A DNA stretch of 64,000 nt from Dehalococcoidales bacterium (GTDB taxonomy: Bacteria; Chloroflexota; Dehalococcoidia; Dehalococcoidales; RBG-16-60-22). The DNA lies in contig JBAZGT010000001.1 in assembly GCA_041652735.1 (NCBI GenBank), forward strand, positions 77,197 through 141,196. The letters are read 5' to 3'. The translations under genes were made by a program, and so were the position numbers. Below the pieces are notes generated by a model. The model had not been told where the DNA came from, did not search any database, and saw nothing but the letters and a program-made list of their open reading frames with translations. Every line of letters begins with the position of its first letter. Position 1 is the first letter of the stretch. Below are positions 53,991 through 63,256 of this stretch, piece after piece.

Positions 53991-54494
53991 TTATAGTTTC
54001 TCCAGGATATCCGTCATCCTGATGCACAGGGTCTCCGTCAGCCCCACCAGCGTTTTCTGCTGGGGCGCGGAGAGGCAGTCCATCACCTGCCTGGCCCGGG
54101 CATCGCCTTTGTTCTGGTTGTTCTTCACGTACGCCAGGCCGGCGGCGGTGACGCAGATATGGGTTACGCGGCGGTCTTTGCTGGAAAAGTCCCGGACGAT
54201 AAAACCTTCTTTTTCCAGGTTGTCCACAATCTTGGTCACGCTGTGCTTGGAGCGGAACATCATTTCCGCCAGGTGGGTGGGGGTGGAAGAACCGCCGGTG
54301 CAGACGAGGTGGTACATCGCCATACCGTGCAGGGGGCTGATATCGTCCTTTTTCATGGTGATTTCACAGTACCGGCTGATAATATCGGAGAATTTCACGC
54401 ACAGCCAGAAGTTGACCTCCCGGACCTGGGCGGCAACTTCTTCGATTTCTGAGGAAACCGGATTGTTTACAGCTCTGTTTCTTTTCTTCGGCAT
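53991..54494 (-). CDS. MarR-family transcriptional regulator
   Basis: 167 aa; winged-helix block LAEMMFRSKHSVTKIVDNLEKEGFIVR...DRRV. Confidence 0.85.
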   Translation of the reverse strand: MPKKRNRAVNNPVSSEIEEVAAQVREVNFWLCVKFSDIISRYCEITMKKDDISPLHGMAMYHLVCTGGSSTPTHLAEMMFRSKHSVTKIVDNLEKEGFIVRDFSSKDRRVTHICVTAAGLAYVKNNQNKGDARARQVMDCLSAPQQKTLVGLTETLCIRMTDILEKL

Positions 54495-54679
54495 AGTTTC
54501 CCCGACCTTTCCGCAGGTATCTTTTAGTAATACCAGACTGATTTTACCATAAAGTGTTTAGAAATACACCTGCCGTCCGTCAAAATGAACTCAAAGATTG
54601 AAAACCAAAGCTCAAAACCATAACCTGAAAGGGAAAACAGTATAACATGGCTACTATTTTCAGTTTACAAGCTTTCCCG

Positions 54680-55111
54680 TCACTTTTTCAAACGCTTTTC
54701 AATAACGCCCAGCTGCCGGAAAAAGGTGAAAGTATCCGCCACGTCCCAGTGCTCGGCGATTTTACCGCCCCGCACGCGGAAGATATCCACCACATCATAG
54801 TCCAGCGGCGCGCCGTCCGGCTCCTTCTCCAGCCAGTCCCCGCCGGAATGCGTCCCGGTGGTGCGGCTGAAGGCCATCACGATATCGCCGTCCGCCGCCA
54901 TTTTCTGCAAAGTATACCTGAAGTCCGGCACCGCCCGGAAAATTACCTCAAAAAACTCGATAAAGCCGGCCTTGCCCTGCGGGCAGTCCTGGTTATGCTG
55001 AATATAGTCGTCCCGCATGTACTCGTCCAGCCGGGTAAGGTCGTGACGGATGAACACGTCATCATAGAACCGGGCGACCACTTTCTTGTTTTTACGGGTC
55101 TTGTCCGCCAT
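54680..55111 (-). CDS. SnoaL-like polyketide/ester cyclase family protein
   Basis: MADKTRKNKKVVARFYDDVFIRHDLTRLDEYMRDDYIQHN...GGKIAEHWDV. Start trimmed to the ATG at 55111 (GGAGG RBS). Confidence 0.75.
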   Translation of the reverse strand: MADKTRKNKKVVARFYDDVFIRHDLTRLDEYMRDDYIQHNQDCPQGKAGFIEFFEVIFRAVPDFRYTLQKMAADGDIVMAFSRTTGTHSGGDWLEKEPDGAPLDYDVVDIFRVRGGKIAEHWDVADTFTFFRQLGVIEKRLKK

Positions 55112-55131
55112 TACAGCCTCCGGTTTTTTAG

Positions 55132-55917
55132 CTAGGATACGGTGGTGCCGCCGTCGATGGCCAGGCACTGGCCGGTGATGAAAGAGGCGGCGTCCGAGCA
55201 AAACCAGACTACCGCTTCCGCCATGTCCTCCGGGTGGGCGACGCGGCGGAGGGGAATCATGTCCACCATATGTTTTTTCACCTCCGGCGTGGTGCCGGTG
55301 AGGTACTCGAAAAGCAGCGTGTTGTCCGTGGGGCCGGGCATGATGGTATTGACCCGCACGTTAAAAGCGGCGGCTTCCAGCGCGGCGTTCTTGGTCAGGC
55401 CGTTCAGCCCGGCCTTGCTGGCCATGTAAGCGCAGAAGCCCGGCACCGCGTTGAGCGCGCCGATAGACGAAGTGTTGACGATGACGCCGTATTTCTGTTT
55501 GAACATCTGCCTCATCTCATATTTCAGGCAGAGAAAGACGCCCTTAAGGTTGATATCCAGGGTGCGGTCCCAGATTTCCTCCGGGCAGTCCACGATGTTC
55601 ACCACCGGCACGCGCTTGCCGTCCGGCCCGATGCCGGCGTTATTGAAAGCGAAGTCCAGCCGACCGTAAAGGCTGACGGCCTTGTCCACCATGGCCTCCA
55701 CCTGGGCGGCATTGGAGACATCGCATTTCACGAAAGACGCCTCGCCGCCGGCATCCTTAATCAGCTTTACCGTTGCTTCCGCGCCCTTGATATTGGCGTC
55801 CGTCACCACGATAACTTTAGCCCCCTCCCGCGCGAAAATCTGCGCCCCCACCCGGCCGATGCCGGAAGCCGCGCCGGTAACCAGGGCTACCTTGCCGTCA
55901 AACTGTTTCTTCACCAA
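55132..55917 (-). CDS. Short-chain dehydrogenase/reductase
   Basis: VALVTGAASGIGR, NNAG and YMASK motifs. Confidence 0.9.
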   Translation of the reverse strand: MVKKQFDGKVALVTGAASGIGRVGAQIFAREGAKVIVVTDANIKGAEATVKLIKDAGGEASFVKCDVSNAAQVEAMVDKAVSLYGRLDFAFNNAGIGPDGKRVPVVNIVDCPEEIWDRTLDINLKGVFLCLKYEMRQMFKQKYGVIVNTSSIGALNAVPGFCAYMASKAGLNGLTKNAALEAAAFNVRVNTIMPGPTDNTLLFEYLTGTTPEVKKHMVDMIPLRRVAHPEDMAEAVVWFCSDAASFITGQCLAIDGGTTVS

Positions 55918-55957
55918 AAGCTCCTTTGCTCCGCCGGCTTTAGCGCCGCCGCATTGA

Positions 55958-55984
55958 TATACATATTATACATTATAAATACAT
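55958..55984. repeat. Three direct (T/A)ATACAT repeats in the divergent SDR-SDR promoter region
   Basis: TATACAT at 55958-55964 and 55967-55973, and AATACAT at 55978-55984. Confidence 0.6.
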
Positions 55985-56098
55985 GATTTTCCGGTCCAGC
56001 GCAAATTTCCGACATTTTGGTATATAATAACACGAAAGGGTTTTATCCACCCGTATCTTTCAAACGCCGCTATAACGCAGTAAGCAAGGAGGCCGTCA

Positions 56099-56905
56099 GT
56101 GTTACTGGAAAACAGGGTAGCCATTGTGACCGGGGGGACCAAGGGGATGGGCAAAGCGATAGCGCTCAAGTTTGCCGGGGAGGGGTGCGACGTGGTGGTG
56201 ACCAGCCGCCACCTGGCGGAGGCTCAGCAAACGGCTAAAGAAATAGAGGCGCTGGGGCGGCGGGCCCTGGGGCTGCAGGCGGATATCTCCAAAAGCGCGG
56301 AAGTGGATGACATGGTGGCGCAGACCATCAGGAAATTCCAGAAAATAGATATCCTGGTGAACAACGCGGGGGGGATAGACGTAAAGGGCGGGGACACCAC
56401 GGACGCCACCGAGGCGGACTGGGACCATGTCCTGGACGTTAACCTCAAGGGGACTTTCCTGTGCTGCATGGCAGTTATTCCTTACATGAAAAAGCAGCAG
56501 TACGGCAAGATTATCAACCTTTCCTCCATGGGGGCGGTGCATCCGGCGGTATCCGTGCTGCACTACCACGCGGCCAAGGCCGGGGTGCTGGGGCTGACTA
56601 TCAATCTGGCTTTCGAGCTGGCGCCGCAAAACATCTACTGCAACGCCATCGTGCCGGGGCCCGTCGAGACGCCGTTCTGGGACTCCCTGCAAGAGCCGGG
56701 ACCGGCCAGGGACGCGTTTTTCGCGGCCTTGTGCAAGAAAGAGGTACCGCTGGGGCGGATGGGCAAACCGGAGGATATAGCCGGGCCGGCCCTGTTCCTG
56801 GCGTCCGGCCTGTCCGACTACGTTACCGGGCAGATTATCTACGCAGCCGGCGGCCAGCCCCTGAACTCGCACGCGGCCACTTTCCTTTCCACGCCGCAGT
56901 CGTGA
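56099..56905 (+). CDS. Short-chain dehydrogenase/reductase
   Basis: GTG start after AAGGAGG; VAIVTGGTKGMGKAI, NNAG and YHAAK motifs. Confidence 0.9.
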   Translation: MLLENRVAIVTGGTKGMGKAIALKFAGEGCDVVVTSRHLAEAQQTAKEIEALGRRALGLQADISKSAEVDDMVAQTIRKFQKIDILVNNAGGIDVKGGDTTDATEADWDHVLDVNLKGTFLCCMAVIPYMKKQQYGKIINLSSMGAVHPAVSVLHYHAAKAGVLGLTINLAFELAPQNIYCNAIVPGPVETPFWDSLQEPGPARDAFFAALCKKEVPLGRMGKPEDIAGPALFLASGLSDYVTGQIIYAAGGQPLNSHAATFLSTPQS

Positions 56906-56937
56906 TAAATACCGCTTAAGACACTAACGGAGGCGAT

Positions 56938-58398
56938 ATGAAAAAGGCAAGAGTCGTTAACCAGCGTATCGACGACGAAATATTAATGAAAAAACGCCGG
57001 GAGGAGCTGGACAGGTGGCCCACCGGCCGGGAAGTGGACTTCGAGGAGGCAGTGGCTTTCCAGAAAAGCCTGCCGGACAGCAAGGTCTGGTGGAAAGTGA
57101 TGGTGAAGCTGCGCGAGGAAGGCCGCATGAGCGTTTTCCCCCGCGCCGGCACCCCTATACTGGAAAAAATGATCGAGCTCTGCCAGGGACTGCGGGACTC
57201 CGGCGTGGTGCTTATCCCGGTGACCACGGACAGCTATACCCGCCACGGGCAGTATGAAAAAGTCCAGGGCATTTTGGACGAGTGCAACCGCACCGGCCAG
57301 GCGCTCCTGAACGGCTACCCCATCATCAACCAGGGGGTGAAAAACACCCGCAAGCTGGTGGAAAGCGTGGACGCGGCTTTCAGTCCGCGGGGCGCGGGCG
57401 GGGAAATCGCCATCGCTTCCGGGCTGACCACCCTGGAGGGGGGGCTGGAGTTCATCACCTGGGCCAGCTACTCCAAGAAAATGACCATCCGGGAGCTGGT
57501 GGAGAAATGGCAGAACAGCACCCGGCTGGCCGGCTGGTACGCGGACCGGGGGGTGATACTCTGCACGGACCTGCACGGCTGGCTGCCCGGCGCGCCCGTC
57601 CCGCTGAGCGTGAACATCGTGTGCCTGATTATCCAGGCGCTGACGGCGGCGGAGCAGGGGCAGAAAGCGGTCTACCCGCTGGTGCACTGCATGGGCAACA
57701 TGGCGCAGGACATGGCCTGGATAAAGCTGGCCCCGCGGCTGATAAGGGAATACCTGGACAAATTCGGCTACAAAGACTGCATGATAACCGGCTGCTGCCC
57801 CGCCCAGACGCCCCTTTTCCCGGTCGCTCAGGACATGGGAGGGGCGTTCGCTTACCTTAACTACATCGCCATGGTGGGGGCGCTTTCCAAGAGCAACGCC
57901 ACCGATTTGAGAAGCATCGACGAGGGGGCGGGGGTGCCGACCAAAGATACCAACGCCGTGAGCTACCGCTCCGCCAGGTGGATTTTCGACGTCATCCGCG
58001 AGCAAAAAATCGATATCAATATCAAGGACGTGGAAACCGAGATGAGGCTGACCGAGATGGAGGTCAAGGCGATATTCTACAAAATCCTGGACCTCGGCGA
58101 CGGCGACGTGGTGGACGGCACCATCAAAGCGGTGGAGGCCGGCGTGCTGGACTCGCCGTGGTGCCCCAATATCACCGTCAAGGACAAGGTGCTGGGCGTG
58201 AGGGACGCGCACGGCGCCTGCCGCTACCTGGAGTTCGGCAACCTGCCCATACCCAAACCCGCCCGGGATTTCCACCGCCAGAAAATAGCGGAACGGGAGA
58301 AAATAGAAGGGAAAAAGGCGGACTACCATACCGCGGTACGTGACCTGTGGAGCATGAGCAAGGGGAAAATAGTGGGGCTGCCGCCGTATGACAAGTAA
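56938..58398 (+). CDS. glmE: Glutamate mutase epsilon (E) subunit homolog (methylaspartate mutase large subunit family)
   Basis: 486 aa; collinear by eye with clostridial GlmE/MutE as I recall it (REELDRWPTGREVDFEEAV, FPRAGTP, TTDSYTRHGQY, LLNGYPIIN, CRYLEFGNLP). Confidence 0.8.
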   Translation: MKKARVVNQRIDDEILMKKRREELDRWPTGREVDFEEAVAFQKSLPDSKVWWKVMVKLREEGRMSVFPRAGTPILEKMIELCQGLRDSGVVLIPVTTDSYTRHGQYEKVQGILDECNRTGQALLNGYPIINQGVKNTRKLVESVDAAFSPRGAGGEIAIASGLTTLEGGLEFITWASYSKKMTIRELVEKWQNSTRLAGWYADRGVILCTDLHGWLPGAPVPLSVNIVCLIIQALTAAEQGQKAVYPLVHCMGNMAQDMAWIKLAPRLIREYLDKFGYKDCMITGCCPAQTPLFPVAQDMGGAFAYLNYIAMVGALSKSNATDLRSIDEGAGVPTKDTNAVSYRSARWIFDVIREQKIDINIKDVETEMRLTEMEVKAIFYKILDLGDGDVVDGTIKAVEAGVLDSPWCPNITVKDKVLGVRDAHGACRYLEFGNLPIPKPARDFHRQKIAEREKIEGKKADYHTAVRDLWSMSKGKIVGLPPYDK

Positions 58399-58408
58399 TA
58401 TACGCTTA

Positions 58409-58501
58409 TGTCATCCTGAGCAGAGCGAAGGATCCGGCGGCGGCGGGGCTATAGCCGCCCCACCCCGGGATTCTTCGGTCGTAAACTCCCTCAGCATGAC
58501 A
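58409..58501. repeat. MITE-like palindromic element, copy 2
   Basis: TGTCATCCTGAG...CTCAGCATGACA, 93 bp, between the glmE-like and glmS-like genes. Confidence 0.8.
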
Positions 58502-58527
58502 GCTGGAGAATACTTTAAAGGAGAGCC

Positions 58528-58953
58528 ATGGAAAGAGTACCGACAGTCATCACCGGCACGGTGGGGATGGACGCGCACGTCATCGGCACCAAGGTATTGT
58601 CCCGCGCGCTGAAAGACGCCGGCTTCAAGGTAGTGGAGCTGGGCATGCAGGTATCCCCGGAGGAGTTTATCAGCGTGGCGCAGGAGACCAGGGCGGACGC
58701 CATCCTGATGACCTCCCTCTACGGCATGGCGGAGCTGGACCTGAAAGACTTTAATGAAAAACGTATGGAGGCGGGGCTGGGGGACGTTCTCCTCTACATC
58801 GGCGGGAACCTGGTCATAGGCCGGTACGACCCCAAGGAGGTGGAGCCGCGGTTCAAGAAGCTGGGGTTCGACCGGGTGTACCCGCCGGAGACGGACACGG
58901 AAAAGGGCATCGAGGACTTGAAAAACGACCTCAAGGCGAAGGGAAAGATGTAA
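58528..58953 (+). CDS. glmS: B12-binding small (sigma) subunit of glutamate mutase family
   Basis: 141 aa; DxHxxG cobalamin motif in GMDAHVIG; GAGAG-type RBS upstream. Confidence 0.8.
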   Translation: MERVPTVITGTVGMDAHVIGTKVLSRALKDAGFKVVELGMQVSPEEFISVAQETRADAILMTSLYGMAELDLKDFNEKRMEAGLGDVLLYIGGNLVIGRYDPKEVEPRFKKLGFDRVYPPETDTEKGIEDLKNDLKAKGKM

Positions 58954-58970
58954 GGATAATAACCAAACGC

Positions 58971-59051
58971 CAAGATACCAAGACCAAGCCCCACCCCTTT
59001 TCCCCCCTTTTTTATTTGAGTTTTTCTTTGGTGTCTGTATCTTGTATCTTG
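58971..59051. repeat. Inverted CAAG / CTTG tract pair around a pyrimidine-rich loop
   Basis: CCAAGATACCAAGACCAAG ... CTTTGGTGTCTGTATCTTGTATCTTGG, in the glmS-glmL spacer. Confidence 0.6.
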
Positions 59052-59067
59052 GTTTTTACCGGGTGCC

Positions 59068-60438
59068 ATGGATAACATTAAGCTGTTAATCGACTTCGGC
59101 AGCACCTACACCAAGGTGGCGGCCATAGACCTGGACAAAGTGGCGATAGCGGCCACCGCCCGGGTGCCCTCCACCGTGGACACGGACATCACCCTGGGGC
59201 TGGAAAAAGCCCTGGAGGAAATCAGCGCCCAAACCGGCATCGGCGGTCCGGAGAAAAAGAACTCGCTGGCCTGCTCCAGCGCGGCGGGGGGCCTGCGCAT
59301 GGTCTGCACCGGCTTCGTGCCGGAGCTTACCAGCAAGGCGGCCAGTCACGCGGCCCTGGGGGCGGGGGCTAAAGTCATCGGTTGCTACTCCTACAAGCTG
59401 ACCAGCCGGGAAATCAGTGAAATTGAAAATACAGCGCCGGACATCCTGCTGCTTTGCGGCGGCACGGACGGCGGCGATGACGCGGTCATCATCCATAACG
59501 CCAAAATGCTGGCGCGGACGGGTGAGAAAATCGGTAATATCATCGTGGCGGGGAATAAATCCGCCTACGATGAAATCGATGCCGCTTTCAAAAACAGCCA
59601 AAAGCGCGTTATCTATACCAAAAACGTCATGCCGGAAATAGGCGTGCTGGACACCGCGCCGTGCAATAAAGAGATACGGGACATTTTCATCAACAACATC
59701 ATCCGGGCCAAAGGCATTTCCCGGGCGCGGGACATCGTGGGGGAGGTAATCATGCCCACGCCTTCGGCGGTGCTGGAAGCCGCCAAACTTTTAGCCGAAG
59801 GATGCGAAGGCGAGCCCGGCTTCGGCGAGCTGATGGTCGTCGACCCCGGCGGCGCCACCACCGACGTCCACTCCATCGCCGGGGGCAACCCGTCCTCCGG
59901 CAGCGTGGCCATGGTCAATACCCTGCCCGAGCCCTACGTGAAACGCACGGTGGAGGGCAACCTCGGGCTGAAGCATAATATCGATAGCTTGAGTGAATTT
60001 ACCCGCGGCAAAAAGCTGCCGCCGGACTTTACCGCCGCCTGCCGCTCCTTTCATGAAGGCCGGCTGCCGCGTACTCCCGCGGAAATAGCCTGCCATGAGC
60101 TTTTGTCCCGGGTGGCGGTGGAGGTAGCGGTAAACCAGCACGCGGGGCGCATCGAGAAAATATACGGGCCAACCGGCGAGATGCTGCTCCAGCACGGCAA
60201 AGACCTGACCGGCATCAAGACGGTCATCGGCACCGGGGGGCCGGTTATCTTCGCCGCCGACCCCCGCCGGATTCTGGAAGGCGTTTTGTTCCAGCCGGAA
60301 AACCCGCTAATCCTTAAGCCCAAAAACCCGCGCCTTTTACTCGATGCGCAATACATCCTTTACGCGGTGGGGCTTTTGAGCCAGGCGGAGCCGAAAAAGG
60401 CGCTGCAACTTGCCAAGAAGTACCTCGAGCAAATATAG
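59068..60438 (+). CDS. glmL: MutL/GlmL-type glutamate mutase accessory (reactivase-like, ASKHA fold) protein
   Basis: 456 aa; LIDFGSTYTKVAAIDL and VVDPGGATTDVHS ATPase phosphate motifs. Confidence 0.75.
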   Translation: MDNIKLLIDFGSTYTKVAAIDLDKVAIAATARVPSTVDTDITLGLEKALEEISAQTGIGGPEKKNSLACSSAAGGLRMVCTGFVPELTSKAASHAALGAGAKVIGCYSYKLTSREISEIENTAPDILLLCGGTDGGDDAVIIHNAKMLARTGEKIGNIIVAGNKSAYDEIDAAFKNSQKRVIYTKNVMPEIGVLDTAPCNKEIRDIFINNIIRAKGISRARDIVGEVIMPTPSAVLEAAKLLAEGCEGEPGFGELMVVDPGGATTDVHSIAGGNPSSGSVAMVNTLPEPYVKRTVEGNLGLKHNIDSLSEFTRGKKLPPDFTAACRSFHEGRLPRTPAEIACHELLSRVAVEVAVNQHAGRIEKIYGPTGEMLLQHGKDLTGIKTVIGTGGPVIFAADPRRILEGVLFQPENPLILKPKNPRLLLDAQYILYAVGLLSQAEPKKALQLAKKYLEQI

Positions 60439-60446
60439 TATTGGTG

Positions 60447-60540
60447 TGTCATCCTGATCGCAGCGAAGGATACCGGGGCGGACGTACTTACCCCACCCCT
60501 CCCCGAGATTCCTCAGTCGCTTCGCTCCTTCAGAATGACA
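60447..60540. repeat. MITE-like palindromic element, copy 3
   Basis: TGTCATCCTGATCGCAGCGAAGGATACCGGGGCGG...TCGCTTCGCTCCTTCAGAATGACA, 94 bp. It supplies the false ATG at 60535. Confidence 0.8.
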
Positions 60541-60552
60541 GGGTTGACTATT

Positions 60553-61794
60553 ATGGAAAAAATGCTGGGACACCTCCGCGCCCTGGACCTGACCGATGAC
60601 AAGGGATTTCTCTGCGGGAAAATCCTGGCCGACCTCGGCGTGAACGTGATCAAGGTGGAAAGACCGGGCGGCGACCCTTCCCGCAATATCGGGGGGTTCC
60701 GGGGCGGCGCGCCGGACCCGCAGCAAAGCCTGTACTGGTTCGCCTACAACTCCAATAAAAAAGGCGTCACGCTGGACATCGAAAAGTCGCGGGGACGCGA
60801 GATTTTTAAAAAGCTGGCCGCCGCCGCCGACTTCATCATAGAGTCGTTCCCGCCGGGCTATCTGGACGGGCTGGGCATCGGCTATGACGCCATCAGCCAA
60901 ATTTACCCTAAAGTCATCTGGGCGTCCATCACGCCCTTCGGGACGGAAGCGCCCTACCGCGACTTCAAGGGGCCGGACATCGTGGTCATGGGCATGAGCG
61001 GCACGCTCTACCAGACCGGCGAAAGCGACGGCCCCCCCGTCCATATCAGCCTGTCCCAGGCCTGTCTCCACGCCGGGGCGGACGCCGCCGCGGGCTGCAT
61101 GGTGGCTTACCACCACCGGGAAAAGACGGGCGAGGGGCAGCGGGTGGACGTGTCCATGCAGCAGAGCGCCGCCTGGTTCCAGGCCAACGCCATCCCCTCC
61201 TACGAGCTTAACGGGACTATTTTAAAGCGCGCCGGGGCTTTCCGGGCGGGGACGAGCAGCCAGGTGGGGCAGCGGCAGGTCTGGCGCTGTAAAGACGGCT
61301 ACCTGTTTTTCAACGTTATAGGGGGGAGGACGGGGGCCAAGACCTTAAGCGCCCTGGCGGCCTGGATGGACGAGGAAAAGATGGCGACCGATTTCCTGCT
61401 GCGCCTGGACTGGGACAGCTTCGACATGTTCACGGTAACGCAGGAAACAATGGACAAGATTGCCAACCCCATCAGCGCTTTCTTTTTAAAGCACACGCGG
61501 CAGGAGCTTTTAAAGGGGGCGGTGCCGCGGGGCGTTTCCCTGGGGCCTTTATCCAGCATGCAGGACCTGCTGGAAGACCCCTGCCTTAAAGAGCGCGGCT
61601 ACTGGACGCAGATAGAGCACCCGGAGCTGGGCGCCAGCCTCACCTACCCCAAAGAGTTCGTGAGGGCGTCAGAGACGGACTGCGCCACGCATTGCCGCGC
61701 CCCCCTCACCGGGGAGCATAACGGAGAGGTGTATAAAGAAATAGGGCTTTCCGAAAAAGAACTGGATGAGCTGAAAATTGCTCGGGTTATTTAG
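60553..61794 (+). CDS. Family III (CaiB/BaiF) CoA-transferase
   Basis: MEKMLGHLRALDLTDDKGFLCGKILADLGVNVIKVERPGGDP; start trimmed out of the repeat element. Confidence 0.88.
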   Translation: MEKMLGHLRALDLTDDKGFLCGKILADLGVNVIKVERPGGDPSRNIGGFRGGAPDPQQSLYWFAYNSNKKGVTLDIEKSRGREIFKKLAAAADFIIESFPPGYLDGLGIGYDAISQIYPKVIWASITPFGTEAPYRDFKGPDIVVMGMSGTLYQTGESDGPPVHISLSQACLHAGADAAAGCMVAYHHREKTGEGQRVDVSMQQSAAWFQANAIPSYELNGTILKRAGAFRAGTSSQVGQRQVWRCKDGYLFFNVIGGRTGAKTLSALAAWMDEEKMATDFLLRLDWDSFDMFTVTQETMDKIANPISAFFLKHTRQELLKGAVPRGVSLGPLSSMQDLLEDPCLKERGYWTQIEHPELGASLTYPKEFVRASETDCATHCRAPLTGEHNGEVYKEIGLSEKELDELKIARVI

Positions 61795-61829
61795 TGTCCG
61801 GCTGGATATAATTATCAAAGCGGCAGATG

Positions 61830-61904
61830 CCGCTCACCCTGAGCCTGTCGAAGGGTGAGAAAATAAGCGCCAACCTCATGGTTCGACAAGCTCACCATGA
61901 GCGG
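61830..61904. repeat. Pair of REP-type hairpins (CCGCTCACCCTGAGC..GTCGAAGGGTGAG and CTCATGGTTCGACAAGCTCACCATGAGCGG)
   Basis: Same family as the 50911-51202 array, in opposite orientation. It translates to the artefactual MPLTLSLSKGE...VRQAHHER N-terminus of ORF 61827. Confidence 0.8.
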
Positions 61905-61934
61905 GTAATAAAAACGGGAACGGAAAGATTAAAC

Positions 61935-63158
61935 ATGGAAAAAAGAGCGGGCGTTTTCAGCGGACTGAAAATACTGTCCTACTCCTGGGCGGTGGTAGGC
62001 CCGCTGACGATGAAGTTTTTCGCCGACCACGGCGCAACGGTGATACGCATCGAAACCAGCCTGCGCCCCTGCACCATGCGCTCGTCCGCGCCCTATAAAG
62101 ACAACCGGCCGGGGCTGAACCGGGGCGGCTATTTTACCTATTTCAACGGCAATATTTTGAGTTTTACCCTTAACATGAACCACCCCAAAGCGGCGGAAAT
62201 CTCCAAAAAGCTGGTGGGGTGGTGCGATGTCTTCATGGAAAACTACACCCCCGGCGTCATCGAAAAATGGGGGCTGGACTACGAAAACCTGAAAAAGATA
62301 AAACCGGACGTCATCATGCTGCGGCAGAGCGGCTACGGCTCCACGGGGCTTTATAAAAACCTGCCGGCCTTCGGGATGGTGCTGGTGCCCATCGCCGGGC
62401 TGCCCAACTTTATCGGCTGGCCGGGCAAAGAGCCGCTGCCGGTGGGCGTAAGCGCCTACACGGACTGCATCAGCCCCCGCTATGCCGCCGCCGCCCTGAT
62501 TGCCGCCCTGGACTACCGAAAAAGGACGGGCAAAGGGCAGCTCCTGGACATATCACAATTCGAGTCGGCCATATCCTTCATCCTGCCCGGCGTGCTGGAA
62601 TACAGCGCCAACGGCCGGGAGCCGGAAAGAATCGGCAACGCTTCCCCCTGTGCCGCCCCCCACGGGGTCTATCCCTGTAAAGGCAGCGACCGCTGGTGTA
62701 CCATCGCCGTGACTACCGACGAGGAATGGGCGAATTTCTGTAGTGAAATCGGGCAGCCCGGACTGGTGAGCGACCCCTGGTTCGATACCCTGGAAAACAG
62801 GAAGGAGAACGAGGACGCGCTTAATAAAATAGTCGGCGACTGGACGGTTAATCTTACCCCGGAAGAGGTCATGTCCCGGCTGCAGTCGGCGGGGGTGGCG
62901 GCGGGGGTGGTGGCAAACGCCGCCGATGTTTACCGCGACCCCCAGCTGCGGCAGCGCAATATCTACTGGCCGATGCAGCACGCCGAGATGGGGGAGTTCA
63001 CCCACCTGGGGCAGAGCTTCCAGCTTTCCAAGACGCCGGCCAAAGCGTACTCGCCGGCGCCCTTACTGGGCGAGCACACGGAGCAAATCTGCACGGAGAT
63101 GCTGGGCATGACGGACGAAGAGTTCGTCGGCCTGATGCAGGAGGGTTTATTTGAATAG
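61935..63158 (+). CDS. Family III (CaiB/BaiF) CoA-transferase, paralog 2
   Basis: MEKRAGVFSGLKILSYSWAVVGPLTMKFFADHGATVIRIE; start moved to the ATG at 61935, downstream of the REP pair. Confidence 0.88.
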   Translation: MEKRAGVFSGLKILSYSWAVVGPLTMKFFADHGATVIRIETSLRPCTMRSSAPYKDNRPGLNRGGYFTYFNGNILSFTLNMNHPKAAEISKKLVGWCDVFMENYTPGVIEKWGLDYENLKKIKPDVIMLRQSGYGSTGLYKNLPAFGMVLVPIAGLPNFIGWPGKEPLPVGVSAYTDCISPRYAAAALIAALDYRKRTGKGQLLDISQFESAISFILPGVLEYSANGREPERIGNASPCAAPHGVYPCKGSDRWCTIAVTTDEEWANFCSEIGQPGLVSDPWFDTLENRKENEDALNKIVGDWTVNLTPEEVMSRLQSAGVAAGVVANAADVYRDPQLRQRNIYWPMQHAEMGEFTHLGQSFQLSKTPAKAYSPAPLLGEHTEQICTEMLGMTDEEFVGLMQEGLFE

Positions 63159-63171
63159 AGGATATGGCATC

Positions 63172-63205
63172 CCCGCTCATCCAGAGCTTGTCGAAGGAGA
63201 GCGGG
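63172..63205. repeat. REP-type hairpin variant CCCGCTCATCCAGAGCTTGTCGAAGGAGAGCGGG
   Basis: 7-bp terminal stem CCCGCTC / GAGCGGG; same GAGCTTGTCGAA core as the other REP copies. Confidence 0.65.
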
Positions 63206-63226
63206 AATCCCGCGGGGGTGGGGGGG

Positions 63227-63251
63227 CTTGCTGCTTGACACTTGATACTTA
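63227..63251. repeat. CTTGNNN heptad tract (4 periods)
   Basis: CTTG at 63227, 63234 and 63241, and CTTA at 63248. Confidence 0.65.
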
Positions 63252-63256
63252 AATAA

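Noticed and set aside
61827-61934. N-terminal extensions MPLTLSLSKGEKISANLMVRQAHHER (ORF 61827), MTGLTI (ORF 60535) and the ORF 51093..51362
   Set aside because: These peptides are translations of REP/MITE repeats. The real CoA-transferase N-termini start at the conserved MEK... methionines (60553, 61935). ORF 51093 lies entirely in the tandem array.
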